Shown here piece by piece: positions 28,154-37,880 of a stretch of 64,000 nt of DNA. Source of the stretch: Bacteroidales bacterium (lineage in GTDB: Bacteria; Bacteroidota; Bacteroidia; Bacteroidales; JAAUTT01). The notes below the pieces were generated by a model that was not told where the DNA came from, made no database searches, and was given only the letters and a program-made list of their open reading frames with translations. The position numbers were made by a program, and so were the translations under genes. Position 1 is the stretch's first letter. The number at the start of each line of letters is the position of its first letter. The stretch covers positions 13,180 to 77,179 of the forward strand of contig DATALJ010000252.1 of the NCBI GenBank assembly GCA_036261135.1, read 5' to 3'.

Positions 28154-28620
28154 AACATTAAGCCAATTATAGAACCGATTATTAAAGCACCTACAAGAAA
28201 CAAGGTGTTTCGAATGATTGCAATCCGCATTCCAAAGTACTTAGCCTCCAATGGAATGGATATGAAGCCAACCATCATTAATGTAGTAATAAATATGGCT
28301 ATTACTGCATAACTGACTCCCGATTTAACAAGTACACCGGCTAATGGGTAAGCGATAAATCCCGGAATAAGCGCAATAGACCCTATTATTGCCGCTGCTA
28401 TATAGCTTAAAAAACCGGCTTCTTTACCAAAATATCGAATAATCATATCGTTAGGTACCAGATATAAAATGATACTTATAAGGATAATTACTACAAGCAG
28501 TACAGGAAGGAGATTTACAAACATGGTTAAGCCTTTTTTCAGGCCAATCAGCGTTTTTTGCCTGCTGAATATAAGCGAAAGTAGTAAACTCGTTGCAGTA
28601 AGAATGATGATAAAGTTCAT
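28150..28620 (-). CDS. Permease subunit (UPF0718/ArsP-like, first half of a split two-gene permease)
   Basis: 156 aa with 4-5 TM helices, including GSIALIPGFIAYPLAGVLVKSG. Confidence 0.55.
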   Translation of the reverse strand: MNFIIILTATSLLLSLIFSRQKTLIGLKKGLTMFVNLLPVLLVVIILISIILYLVPNDMIIRYFGKEAGFLSYIAAAIIGSIALIPGFIAYPLAGVLVKSGVSYAVIAIFITTLMMVGFISIPLEAKYFGMRIAIIRNTLFLVGALIIGSIIGLMF

Positions 28621-28873
28621 AAATGGTATTGAAATATATGGATAAATGTTAGTACAGAATACAAAGAAAAGAAATCTTGCCTAATTCAGAAGCATTGATT
28701 TTACGGTGTGTACTTTTTGTTAATAAGTATTTGATTTGACAATCAGGGGATTGTTTTCTTTCTGCGGCAAAACATGAATAACTTGTGCTGTTTGTAAGCC
28801 AAATAAAGTATAACTTGGCGAAAAATTTCAAGCGCTGTAATTATGCAGCGCTTAATAATAAAAATACAAGAAG

Positions 28874-30286
28874 ATGTTTGGGTTAGACGCCGGCATGACA
28901 ATACTGCTGATTATTAGTATTTTAACCGCCTGTTTATTTGAATTTATCAATGGGTTTCATGACACATCCAATGCTGTAGTGAATGTTATTTATACACGCT
29001 CTATGAAGCCCTCTGCTGCAGTAATTTGGTCGGCTATTATGAATTTTGCAGGGGTTCTGTTTGGTGGTATTGTTGTTGCAATGGGCATTATGAAGCTTTT
29101 ACCGAATGAACTGCTCATGAATCAGACGCTAGCTCAAAACGTAGCATTGATTTTCGCTATACTTTTATCTTCCATTATCTGGAATTTTGGAACTTGGTAT
29201 CTGGGTATTCCATCGTCCAGTTCGCATACGCTACTTGGCTCTATTTTCGGTGTTGGGGTTGCTTATAATTTCTTGCCCGAAGCCAGTTCAATTGCGCTCA
29301 ACTGGGGAAAAGTAGAGAGCGTATGTATTTGGCTTCTTCTTTCGCCGCTTGTAGGTTTTATGTTAGCCTGGGGACTTGTTGCCCTACTTAAGAAAACCGT
29401 AAAATACAAGAAGTTTTACCGAGCACCTCATGCCAAAAAAGCACCGCCATTCTGGATTCGCCTCATCATCATTCTTTCCGGTACACATCTTAGCTTTTCG
29501 CATGGCCAGAACGACGGACAAAAGGGTGTTGGTATCATTATGATTATTCTTATTGCTATCGTTCCCGCTCACTTTGCTATTAATCATCATCATCATCCTG
29601 AAAAGCTTCTGCTCCAGGTGAATTCTATAGAAAACGTTATTAATAAGCTGGATTCACAGCCACTGAATGTGAAAGACAAAGCTGCATTATCTGTTATTCA
29701 CTACCGGATTGATACCATGCAATCCGTATTAGCCGGAAAACCTAGCTTCGATAGTATATCTGCAGCATCGAGCTGGGTATTACGTGATAATATCATGCAC
29801 CTTGAAGGGGAAACCAATGCTATTCTGGAAGTTATTCCCGGCAAACAAGTCGTAAGCTTAACAAGAGATGATAAAAAGCTTCTGGAAAGTGAGTTCGAGG
29901 GTATTAAAAGTTATACCGATTACGCGCCGGTGTGGATTATATTTATGATCTCGTTAGCACTGGGATTAGGAACCACGATAGGTTGGAAACGTATTGTAGT
30001 TACAGTAGGCGAAAAGATTGGAAAAGAACCGCTTAATTATGCCCAGGGCGCATCAGCTAATCTGATAGCTGCATCAACCATTAGTCTTTCCAGTGTATTT
30101 GGCTTGCCTGTGAGTACAACACAAATTTTATCGTCCGGTATTGCGGGTTCGATGGTTGCAACCAATGGAATTAAGAATGTGAGGAAGAAAACTCTTAAAA
30201 ATATACTAATTACATGGTTATTAACGATCCCTGTTACCATGATTCTGGCGGGTTTGCTTTTTTTGTTGTTCAGGAGTATATTTTAG
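28874..30286 (+). CDS. Inorganic phosphate transporter, PiT family
   Basis: PHO4/PiT signatures GFHDTSNAV and GQNDGQKG, with a central hydrophilic loop. Confidence 0.9.
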   Translation: MFGLDAGMTILLIISILTACLFEFINGFHDTSNAVVNVIYTRSMKPSAAVIWSAIMNFAGVLFGGIVVAMGIMKLLPNELLMNQTLAQNVALIFAILLSSIIWNFGTWYLGIPSSSSHTLLGSIFGVGVAYNFLPEASSIALNWGKVESVCIWLLLSPLVGFMLAWGLVALLKKTVKYKKFYRAPHAKKAPPFWIRLIIILSGTHLSFSHGQNDGQKGVGIIMIILIAIVPAHFAINHHHHPEKLLLQVNSIENVINKLDSQPLNVKDKAALSVIHYRIDTMQSVLAGKPSFDSISAASSWVLRDNIMHLEGETNAILEVIPGKQVVSLTRDDKKLLESEFEGIKSYTDYAPVWIIFMISLALGLGTTIGWKRIVVTVGEKIGKEPLNYAQGASANLIAASTISLSSVFGLPVSTTQILSSGIAGSMVATNGIKNVRKKTLKNILITWLLTIPVTMILAGLLFLLFRSIF

Positions 30287-30374
30287 TTCATCAAGTGGTT
30301 TAAATTCGAACTTTGTCTTCGTTGAAGGGTTTATTAATAAACAGAATTATTTTATTAATGAACACCTTTTTCTC

Positions 30375-30728
30375 ATGAAACCGTATCTCATTAACGCAAT
30401 TAATGCCTCTGTATTAATAATTATAGGCCTTTTCGGATATTTTGGATCCGCTACACCTTCAGCAACTGCGCTAATTCCTGTATTTGCAGGTATCATTCTT
30501 TTACTTCTTGTTCGCAGCATGAAAAATGGCAACAGGGTTGTTGCCCATATTGTCGTAACACTTACACTGTTAATTTTTATATCATTATTTAAGCCGCTTT
30601 CTGGTGCTTTAGGAAGGAATGATAGCGGGGCAGTTATTCGAGTCGTAATTATGATGGCTACAAACGTAATAGCTATGGTTGTTTATATTAAAAGCTTTGT
30701 TGATGCAAGGAGAAAGAAGGTGGTATAA
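30375..30728 (+). CDS. Small integral membrane protein (hypothetical)
   Basis: 117 aa with four hydrophobic helices. Confidence 0.45.
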   Translation: MKPYLINAINASVLIIIGLFGYFGSATPSATALIPVFAGIILLLLVRSMKNGNRVVAHIVVTLTLLIFISLFKPLSGALGRNDSGAVIRVVIMMATNVIAMVVYIKSFVDARRKKVV

Positions 30729-30751
30729 TTTCAAATTTTAGCCTCTACCCA

Positions 30752-31210
30752 ATGAAGAAGAAAAGAAAGGACCATGTTTTTGACAAGTTTGCGACACGTG
30801 TAACCAAAGCAACCGGAAAACCTTCTACATTTATTATTGCTTTTATAGTTATTCTTGTTTGGGGGATAAGCGGGCCCATATTCAAATTCTCGGATACCTG
30901 GCAATTGGTAATTAATACAGGTACCACCATTATTACGTTTTTAATGGTTTTCATTATTCAACAAACGCAGAATAAGGATACCATGGCTTTACAGCTCAAG
31001 CTGAATGAACTGATTTCGGCAACACAGCCAGCCAGCAACAGGCTCATCAGTATCGAGGACCTTACAGAAGAAGAATTGGAAGTTTTGAAGAAATTTTATG
31101 TGAATTTATCTGAACTTGCACAAAAGGATGCAGCAACCGATATCCGAAGAACGCACTCGGCCGAGGGAGCAACAAATAATCATAAATCGAAAGTAGCACC
31201 GGCGAAATAA
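30752..31210 (+). CDS. Low-affinity iron permease family protein
   Basis: FDKFATRVTKATGKPSTFIIAFIVILVWGISGP...DTWQLVINTGTTIITFLMVFIIQQTQNKD...LQLKLNELI matches my recollection of this family. Confidence 0.6.
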   Translation: MKKKRKDHVFDKFATRVTKATGKPSTFIIAFIVILVWGISGPIFKFSDTWQLVINTGTTIITFLMVFIIQQTQNKDTMALQLKLNELISATQPASNRLISIEDLTEEELEVLKKFYVNLSELAQKDAATDIRRTHSAEGATNNHKSKVAPAK

Positions 31211-31214
31211 TGGA

Positions 31215-31757
31215 TTATTCTTCAAAGTCATTGAATGGAATGTCTTCGTCGGGGTACTTATCGAAAGGGCCAACACCAGGCGGATTGAATAATCCCCATC
31301 GGTCTATTATATAATTCCATTTATCGAAGCTTGCAACCCAGTCGATAAATAGCAGCCGGTACTCTTCAATCAGGTCGCGGACTATATTGTAGTAATCGAC
31401 ATGTTCGAAACCATGGATTTCCAACGCGTAATTCTGAATTATAAGATTTTTAGCTGCTTTACGGATAATTGCAGCTGCTTCCATTTTGATGTCGTATAAT
31501 TCTGCTGTTTCAGCTCCGCGAACCTTAACCGAAAGGGTTGCTGCATCAGTAAGTAATTCTTCTTTAAGATGCTGAAGGCGCTCATTGTCTTCAGGAAACA
31601 GCTCGCAAATATTCCTCACAACTTCAAATATTTCTTTTCCTTTCTCGAAAATAGGGAGGTTTGCGGCAGGTCTATATTCTTCTTCTTCGTTAAACATCTC
31701 GTAAAATACTAAGTACCTGATTTTATGTAAATATAAGTTATCCGGAAATAAAGACAT
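31215..31757 (-). CDS. Hypothetical acidic cytoplasmic protein
   Basis: 180-aa ORF, helical and acidic, with no TM segment. No family recognised. Confidence 0.45.
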   Translation of the reverse strand: MSLFPDNLYLHKIRYLVFYEMFNEEEEYRPAANLPIFEKGKEIFEVVRNICELFPEDNERLQHLKEELLTDAATLSVKVRGAETAELYDIKMEAAAIIRKAAKNLIIQNYALEIHGFEHVDYYNIVRDLIEEYRLLFIDWVASFDKWNYIIDRWGLFNPPGVGPFDKYPDEDIPFNDFEE

Positions 31758-31811
31758 TTTGTTTCTTGTAATTTTCTTTTGTTATTTGCGCAAATTTTTG
31801 AATAAGAGCAG

Positions 31812-32417
31812 ATGAATTGGCTGAATATTATAACCTACTCAGGTACATTTGTTTTTGCATTAACTGGCGCGCTTAAAGCCCGCACGCATAAGATGGATGT
31901 ATTTGGCGCTGCTGTGCTTGCTTTCTGTACGGCATACGGAGGAGGCACCATACGCGATATTTTGCTCGGCATACAACCTGTAAACTGGCTGGGCGACTAT
32001 ATTGCGTTGGCGTTGGTTATTTCTGCCTTAGGTATTATCTTTTTGTTTAAAACAAATATCGATAAATTCAATCGCATCATTTTTATTACCGATGCTATTG
32101 GATTGGGCATGTTTACTATTGCCGGAATCCAGGTAAGCATGCATATTGGCGTAGGCTCATTGTATTCTGTAATAATGGGTGTAATAACCGCTACATTTGG
32201 CGGTTTGGTAACCGATATTTTGTGTAACAATATCCCTGACTTGCTTAAGAGTGGGGAGTTATATGCAACTGCTTGTTTTGTGGGAGGTTTAATATTTATA
32301 CTACTGCTAAAATTAGGTATAAGCCCTGATATATGTATGTTAACGTGCGTGATGCTAATTGTGTCGCTACGTATATTATCGAAGATGAAAAAGCTTCATT
32401 TACCGCGATTTAAGTAG
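31812..32417 (+). CDS. Trimeric intracellular cation channel-like (UPF0126/YadS) membrane protein
   Basis: Two UPF0126 repeats with GGGTIRDILLG and FGGLVTDIL motifs. Confidence 0.8.
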   Translation: MNWLNIITYSGTFVFALTGALKARTHKMDVFGAAVLAFCTAYGGGTIRDILLGIQPVNWLGDYIALALVISALGIIFLFKTNIDKFNRIIFITDAIGLGMFTIAGIQVSMHIGVGSLYSVIMGVITATFGGLVTDILCNNIPDLLKSGELYATACFVGGLIFILLLKLGISPDICMLTCVMLIVSLRILSKMKKLHLPRFK

Positions 32418-32619
32418 GTATTGATTGCCGAAAATAAAAACCAGTTCGCTATTGTAAGTTTCTCTTCAATTCCTATTCATTACAATGCGCACTGGCTTAT
32501 GAAACAAATCACTACTATTTGCTTTACAAAAGTATACTGTTGATGTAAATATAGGATGAAGGATTCCTTAAGAATCTGTTAAATTCCCGATGAGTTATTG
32601 CAGTTCTCTTCCCCATAAA

Positions 32620-32658
32620 TTAATATTTCCTTAACATTTCAGTAACAATAGCTTCATG
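32620..32658 (+). promoter_or_regulatory. Pho-box-like array of four hexamers at 11-bp phasing upstream of the porin gene
   Basis: TTAATA (32620), TTAACA (32631), GTAACA (32642) and TTCATG (32653). Confidence 0.45.
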
Positions 32659-32745
32659 TTGTACTGTTTTCTTTGTATTGTGATTAAACCAAAGTCATAA
32701 CCATGGAATTGACATTGATCACTTACATTAATTAAAATCAAACCA

Positions 32746-34014
32746 ATGAAAAACAGAATTTTAAAAGCATTTTTAATAGCATTACTGATTTCCCCCGCAT
32801 TTTTTTTACAGGCTCAGGCCCAGGAACAGGAAGAAGATTCGTTGCTTCGCGTAATAGAGAAACTCCAGAGTGATGTTTCCATTTTATCCAAAATCAAGAT
32901 TTCAGGTTATGTGCAAGCGCAATTTCAAATGACAGACTCAGCAGGAATAACAAGTATTGCTGGTGGTAACTTCGATAAAGGAATAGACAAACGCTTTAGT
33001 GTGCGCCGCGGACGCTTGAAAGTTGCCTATAATACTGCTTTAAGTCAGTATGTATTGCAGTTTGATGCTACCGAATCAGGTATGTCGGTTAAAGACATTT
33101 ATTTCAAAACTACCGACCCTTACTTAGGGGCATTTTCGCTTACTGCCGGTATTTTCAACCGTCCATTTGGCTACGAAATTGAGTATTCATCGTCGCAGCG
33201 TGAATCTCCGGAACGTTCAATGGTATTCCAAACCCTTTTCCCTGGCGAACGCGATTTAGGCGCTAGCCTTACCATTCAACCGCCAAAGACTTCGAACTAC
33301 AATTTTATTAAGCTCGACCTGGGTGTATTTAATGGAACTGGTCCGAAAGCCAAGGATTTCGATAACCGGAAGGATTTTATCGGTCACTTAACACTGAATA
33401 AATCTTATCTTCAGGAGACTTTGCGTGTAGGATTAGGCGCTTCCTATTACAATGGCCGCGTAATCAACGGAACAAAGAAAGTATGGTCCATGAGCGACAA
33501 CATATTTAAAGTAGACTCCGCAGCCGGAAATACTTCTGCCTACAGCGAACGAATTTTCAAAGGTCTTGAAGCCCAATTCGCTTATATTTCTCCTCTAGGT
33601 TTATCCCAGCTTCGTGGTGAATACCTATGGGGTAAACAGTCAGGTTCTTCTTCTTCCTCCAAAACACCCGAAGTTAAGCCTGCGGGTGATACGTATGTGC
33701 GCGATTTCGCTGGTTATTATATAATGTTTACGCAAAATATTATGCAGTCCAAACACCAGCTTGTGTTAAAATACGATGTATACGATCCGAATACAGCTGT
33801 TTCCGGAAATGAAATTGGTGCTTCGGGTTCTGGTACTAAAGCTGGCGATATAGAGTACTCCACATTCGGCTTTGGATGGGTTTACCGGTTCGATTCCAAT
33901 CTGAAATTAACAGCATATTATGATGTGGTAACCAATGAAAAGACCAATATCTCGGGTTACACCAAGGATTTAAAAGATAATGTATTTACACTTCGCTTGC
34001 AATATAAGTTCTAA
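32746..34014 (+). CDS. Outer-membrane porin (phosphate-selective porin O/P-like)
   Basis: Signal peptide ending FLQAQAQ. Amphipathic beta pattern and terminal ...RLQYKF. Located immediately upstream of pstS and shares an upstream motif with it. Confidence 0.6.
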   Translation: MKNRILKAFLIALLISPAFFLQAQAQEQEEDSLLRVIEKLQSDVSILSKIKISGYVQAQFQMTDSAGITSIAGGNFDKGIDKRFSVRRGRLKVAYNTALSQYVLQFDATESGMSVKDIYFKTTDPYLGAFSLTAGIFNRPFGYEIEYSSSQRESPERSMVFQTLFPGERDLGASLTIQPPKTSNYNFIKLDLGVFNGTGPKAKDFDNRKDFIGHLTLNKSYLQETLRVGLGASYYNGRVINGTKKVWSMSDNIFKVDSAAGNTSAYSERIFKGLEAQFAYISPLGLSQLRGEYLWGKQSGSSSSSKTPEVKPAGDTYVRDFAGYYIMFTQNIMQSKHQLVLKYDVYDPNTAVSGNEIGASGSGTKAGDIEYSTFGFGWVYRFDSNLKLTAYYDVVTNEKTNISGYTKDLKDNVFTLRLQYKF

Positions 34015-34038
34015 GTAAGTAAGCGGATTTCAATTAAA

Positions 34039-34077
34039 TTAACAATTACTTAACATTTTGGTAAAGTTCATGTTATA
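34039..34077 (+). promoter_or_regulatory. Pho-box-like array of four hexamers at 11-bp phasing upstream of pstS
   Basis: TTAACA (34039), TTAACA (34050), GTAAAG (34061) and GTTATA (34072). The array ends 56 nt before the pstS ATG. Confidence 0.5.
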
Positions 34078-34132
34078 ACAAATAAATTCCTTTACAACGA
34101 AAATAAGATTGAATAATTTTAATAAATAAGAT

Positions 34133-34957
34133 ATGAAAAGAATTTTAACATTTGTTTTATTTGCAGCATTTGCAGGGTATGCAGTTGCTCAGAAAACATC
34201 CATCAAAGTAAAAGGAAGCGATACCGTTCTTCCACTTTCGCAGAAAGAAGCTGAAAAGTACATGAAATCGAATAGCGGAGCAAGCATCTCTGTAGTAGGA
34301 GGCGGTTCAGGTGTAGGTATTGCCGCTTTGCTCGATGGAACAACCGATATAGCTATGGCATCCCGTAGTATGAAGATGGGCGAAAAGCTTAAAATGCAGG
34401 AAAGTGGGAAAGCTTACAAGGAAATCATTATAGCCTATGATGCACTCGCAGTAGTTGTTAATCCGGGCAACAAGGTTAGCCAGCTTACCCGCGAACAGCT
34501 CGAAGGTATTTTTACAGCAAAAATCAAGAACTGGAAAGAAGTGGGAGGCGATGATATGCCTATTGTAGTATACTCGCGCGAATCGAGCTCCGGTACTTTT
34601 GAATTCTTTAAGGAACATGTAATGAACAATAAAAGCTATGCGGCATCTTGCTTAATGATGCCTGCAACCGGAGCTATTATACAAAGCGTTAACCAAACCA
34701 AAGGTGCTATAGGGTATGTAGGTTTAGCTTACCTCGAAAAGGACGTAAAAGCAATAAAAGTATCGTACGATAAGGGCAAAACCTTTATAGCTCCTTCGAT
34801 GGCTACAGCTAAGAATAAAACGTATCCGGTTGTTCGTCCGCTGTATTACTATTATCCTAACTCTTCCGAAGCTAAAGTAAAGCCTTTCGTAACCTATGTT
34901 TTGTCAGCCGAAGGACAGAAGACCGTTGAAGAAGTTGGTTATATTCCTTTAAAGTAA
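34133..34957 (+). CDS. pstS: Phosphate ABC transporter substrate-binding protein PstS
   Basis: Signal peptide. GSDTVLPL, GGGSGVGI, ASRSMK, LTREQLEGIFTAKIKNWKEVGG and RESSSGT. Confidence 0.9.
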   Translation: MKRILTFVLFAAFAGYAVAQKTSIKVKGSDTVLPLSQKEAEKYMKSNSGASISVVGGGSGVGIAALLDGTTDIAMASRSMKMGEKLKMQESGKAYKEIIIAYDALAVVVNPGNKVSQLTREQLEGIFTAKIKNWKEVGGDDMPIVVYSRESSSGTFEFFKEHVMNNKSYAASCLMMPATGAIIQSVNQTKGAIGYVGLAYLEKDVKAIKVSYDKGKTFIAPSMATAKNKTYPVVRPLYYYYPNSSEAKVKPFVTYVLSAEGQKTVEEVGYIPLK

Positions 34958-34998
34958 CAGAGCCCGATGTGCCCAATTTATTTAATAAATGAAAACGA

Positions 34999-36198
34999 AT
35001 GGCAGGCTATTTAAAAAAGACAATAGAAAAAACCGTTGAAGGCACTTTATTTCTAAGCAGCACCATAACAACACTTACGGTGCTGCTGATTATTGTTTTC
35101 TTGTTTCGCGAAGGATGGGGGCTTATAGGAAGTTCTCCTGTTGAAAAAGGCGAAGCATTGCTGATTAACAAGTCTAATAAGGTCGAAAAGCTCACCGGAG
35201 AGCAGATTAAGAGGGTGTTCGATCAGGAAATTACCAATTGGAAAGAGCTAGGGGGTAGTGACCTGGAAATAACCCTGGTTCGCATTGATGATATAGGAAA
35301 TTATTATACCGAAGAACAGTTAGGCCCTAATTTTGAACACCTCGGCGAAAAGGTTACCGAACTCGTAGAAGCTACACCAGGCATTATCGCATTTATTCCC
35401 GATAAATATGCCGATAAAACAGGGCGTGTAACCCATCTGAATCCCAAGAAAATATCATTGTTTTCTTTTGTTGGAGGTACGGAGTGGTATCCTACGGGTC
35501 ATCCTGCGGCAAGGTTCGGCATACTCTCTCTTATTATGGGTACTTTATGGGTAAGTCTTGCAGCCATTATTATTGCATTGCCTTTGGGTTTGGCAACCGC
35601 CATATATATGGCCGAAATTGCCAACGAGAAAGTTCGGAGGGCATTGAAACCTGTTATTGAGCTTCTCTCCGGTATACCATCGGTTGTATATGGCTTCTTC
35701 GGGTTGGTTGTGATTGTACCTGCTATTCAGAAGATATTCGCGCTGAGTGTTGGCGAAACCGCCTTGTCTGGAGCTATTATTCTTGCAATAATGGCCTTGC
35801 CAACAATTATTACCATATCGGAAGATGCCATTCGCACTGCACCCCGGGCAATGAAGGAGGCCAGTCTCGCGCTGGGAGCCAATAAATGGCAAACCATTTA
35901 TAAGGTTATCCTTCCTTACGCATCTTCGGGAATCACGGCTGCTATTATTCTTGGAATAGGGCGGGCTATAGGCGAGACAATGGCTGTACTTATGGTTACT
36001 GGTAATTCAGCCGTAATGCCCCACTCATTATTACAACCGGTACGTACCATTCCGGCAACCATTGCTGCCGAACTTGGCGAAGCACCTCAGGGAGGCTTAC
36101 ACTATAAGGCTCTATTTGCTCTCGGTGCGGTACTTTTTATTATTGTACTGGTTTTAAATTTAACAGTTGAATTCGGACTTAAAAAGAAAAGACGATAG
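34999..36198 (+). CDS. pstC: Phosphate ABC transporter permease PstC with an inserted PstS-like periplasmic segment
   Basis: Permease core (EIANEKVRRALKPVIELLSGIPSVVYGFFG; EDAIRTAPRAMKEASLALGANKWQT). An extra segment of about 115 aa follows TM1 and contains LTGEQIKRVFDQEITNWKELGG. Confidence 0.9.
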   Translation: MAGYLKKTIEKTVEGTLFLSSTITTLTVLLIIVFLFREGWGLIGSSPVEKGEALLINKSNKVEKLTGEQIKRVFDQEITNWKELGGSDLEITLVRIDDIGNYYTEEQLGPNFEHLGEKVTELVEATPGIIAFIPDKYADKTGRVTHLNPKKISLFSFVGGTEWYPTGHPAARFGILSLIMGTLWVSLAAIIIALPLGLATAIYMAEIANEKVRRALKPVIELLSGIPSVVYGFFGLVVIVPAIQKIFALSVGETALSGAIILAIMALPTIITISEDAIRTAPRAMKEASLALGANKWQTIYKVILPYASSGITAAIILGIGRAIGETMAVLMVTGNSAVMPHSLLQPVRTIPATIAAELGEAPQGGLHYKALFALGAVLFIIVLVLNLTVEFGLKKKRR

Positions 36199-36200
36199 GC

Positions 36201-37079
36201 ATGGCAAATCAATCGAAATACGCAAAAATTAAAAAACGTAACCAGCAAATTGCCGTTTGGTCATTACGGGGAATGAGTGCCCTGGTAGTGGCTTTCTTGT
36301 TTCTCATCCTGGGATTCATTATTTACAAAGGCATAGGTGTAATTAGCTGGGAGTTTATTACTTCCATGCCTGAAGACGGGATGACCAAAGGCGGCATTTA
36401 CCCGGCTATTATTGGAACCTTGTGTTTGATTGCAGGAAGTATCCTGTTTGCATTTCCTATTGGGATATTATCCGGTATATACATCAACGAATATGCTAAG
36501 GATGGTCTTTTTAAACGCTTTATAAAACTGATGACCAATAACCTGGCGGGTGTACCTTCCATTGTTTTTGGGTTGTTTGGGATGTCGTTGTTCGTAAATA
36601 CAATGGGTTTCGGCGATTCAATTCTTGCCGGCTCGCTAACACTCGGATTACTTTCCTTACCTGTAGTTATTCGTACTACAGAGGAGGCGCTGCTTTCGGT
36701 CGATAGTTCTTTTCGTATTGGAAGCTATGCGCTAGGCGCAAGTAAGCTGTATACAATCCGGAAAGTGGTTCTTCCTATTGCTTTTCCGAACATTATAACG
36801 GGTCTTATCTTATCGGTAGGCCGAATCTCAGGCGAAACAGCGCCCATTCTGTTTACAGTGGCAGCATACTTCCTGCCCAAGCTACCATCGAGTATATTCG
36901 ACCAGGTGATGGCATTGCCTTATCACCTCTATGTAATATCCACAAGTGGCACCAACATTGAAGAATCTCGCGCCATGGCCTATGGAACAGCACTGGTGCT
37001 TATTCTTATTATTTTAATTATAAACTTACTGGCAAACGCCTTACGAAGGTATTTTGGTAATAAAGTAAAAATGAATTGA
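36201..37079 (+). CDS. pstA: Phosphate ABC transporter permease PstA
   Basis: [15 protein letters not shown] and [32 protein letters not shown] (EAA-loop region). Confidence 0.9.
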   Translation: MANQSKYAKIKKRNQQIAVWSLRGMSALVVAFLFLILGFIIYKGIGVISWEFITSMPEDGMTKGGIYPAIIGTLCLIAGSILFAFPIGILSGIYINEYAKDGLFKRFIKLMTNNLAGVPSIVFGLFGMSLFVNTMGFGDSILAGSLTLGLLSLPVVIRTTEEALLSVDSSFRIGSYALGASKLYTIRKVVLPIAFPNIITGLILSVGRISGETAPILFTVAAYFLPKLPSSIFDQVMALPYHLYVISTSGTNIEESRAMAYGTALVLILIILIINLLANALRRYFGNKVKMN

Positions 37080-37080
37080 T

Positions 37081-37833
37081 ATGCCTATTATTGAAACAAA
37101 AGATGTGAATTTGTTTTATTCCGATTTTCATGCATTGAAAAATGTAAGCATGGGAATGGACAAAAATACCGTTACAGCTTTAATTGGGCCTTCGGGTTGC
37201 GGAAAATCAACCTATCTGAGGCTTTTCAACCGGATGAACGACCTGATCGACGGCGTTAAAATAACCGGCGAAGTCTTGGTTAACAGCGAAGAAATTTATA
37301 CAAAGAAACTGGAAATTGACGATCTGAGAAAGAAGGTAGGGATGGTATTCCAAAAGCCCAATCCGTTTCCTAAATCAATTTTCGAGAATGTGGCCTTCGG
37401 GTTACGCGTGAATGGAGAGAAAAGCAGATCTTTTATTGAAGAACGTGTAGAGCGCTCGCTTCAACAGGCCGCTTTGTGGGATGAGGTAAAGGATAAACTT
37501 AAGAAATCGGCCTTTGAACTCTCCGGCGGTCAGCAGCAACGTTTGTGCATTGCACGCGCCTTAGCCATTGAGCCATCCATTATTTTAATGGACGAACCTG
37601 CGTCGGCACTAGACCCCATCAGTACTTCCAAGATTGAAGACCTTATTTATGAACTGAAAAGTCAGTACACGATTGTAATTGTAACGCATAATATGCAGCA
37701 AGCCGGCCGTGTGAGCGATAAAACGGCATTCTTCTATCTTGGAGAGCTTATTGAATATGACAATACCAAGAAAATATTTACGAATCCTAAGGATATCAGA
37801 ACCCAGAATTATATTACCGGAAGGTTTGGTTGA
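37081..37833 (+). CDS. pstB: Phosphate ABC transporter ATP-binding protein PstB
   Basis: Walker [10 protein letters not shown], signature LSGGQQQR, Walker [12 protein letters not shown] and VTHNMQQA. Confidence 0.95.
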   Translation: MPIIETKDVNLFYSDFHALKNVSMGMDKNTVTALIGPSGCGKSTYLRLFNRMNDLIDGVKITGEVLVNSEEIYTKKLEIDDLRKKVGMVFQKPNPFPKSIFENVAFGLRVNGEKSRSFIEERVERSLQQAALWDEVKDKLKKSAFELSGGQQQRLCIARALAIEPSIILMDEPASALDPISTSKIEDLIYELKSQYTIVIVTHNMQQAGRVSDKTAFFYLGELIEYDNTKKIFTNPKDIRTQNYITGRFG

Positions 37834-37880
37834 TTTAACTAATTTGAAAATTTGAAAATGAGCAAATTTGAAAATTAAAA

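Noticed and set aside
28649-28831. 60-aa minus-strand ORF in the permease/PiT divergent intergenic region
   Set aside because: It is at the minimum length and lies in an AT-rich promoter region. The product has no plausible signal or domain.
28830-28853. 8-bp hairpin (aagcgctg/cagcgctt) 20 nt upstream of the PiT start
   Set aside because: It could be a 5' UTR structure, but it is short, unaccompanied by other conserved features, and I cannot place the transcription start. Not enough evidence to call a regulator.
29581-29595. catcatcatcatcct run (HHHH) in the PiT gene
   Set aside because: It is an in-frame His4 stretch within the hydrophilic loop of the transporter, and is too short to treat as a repeat or slippage tract.
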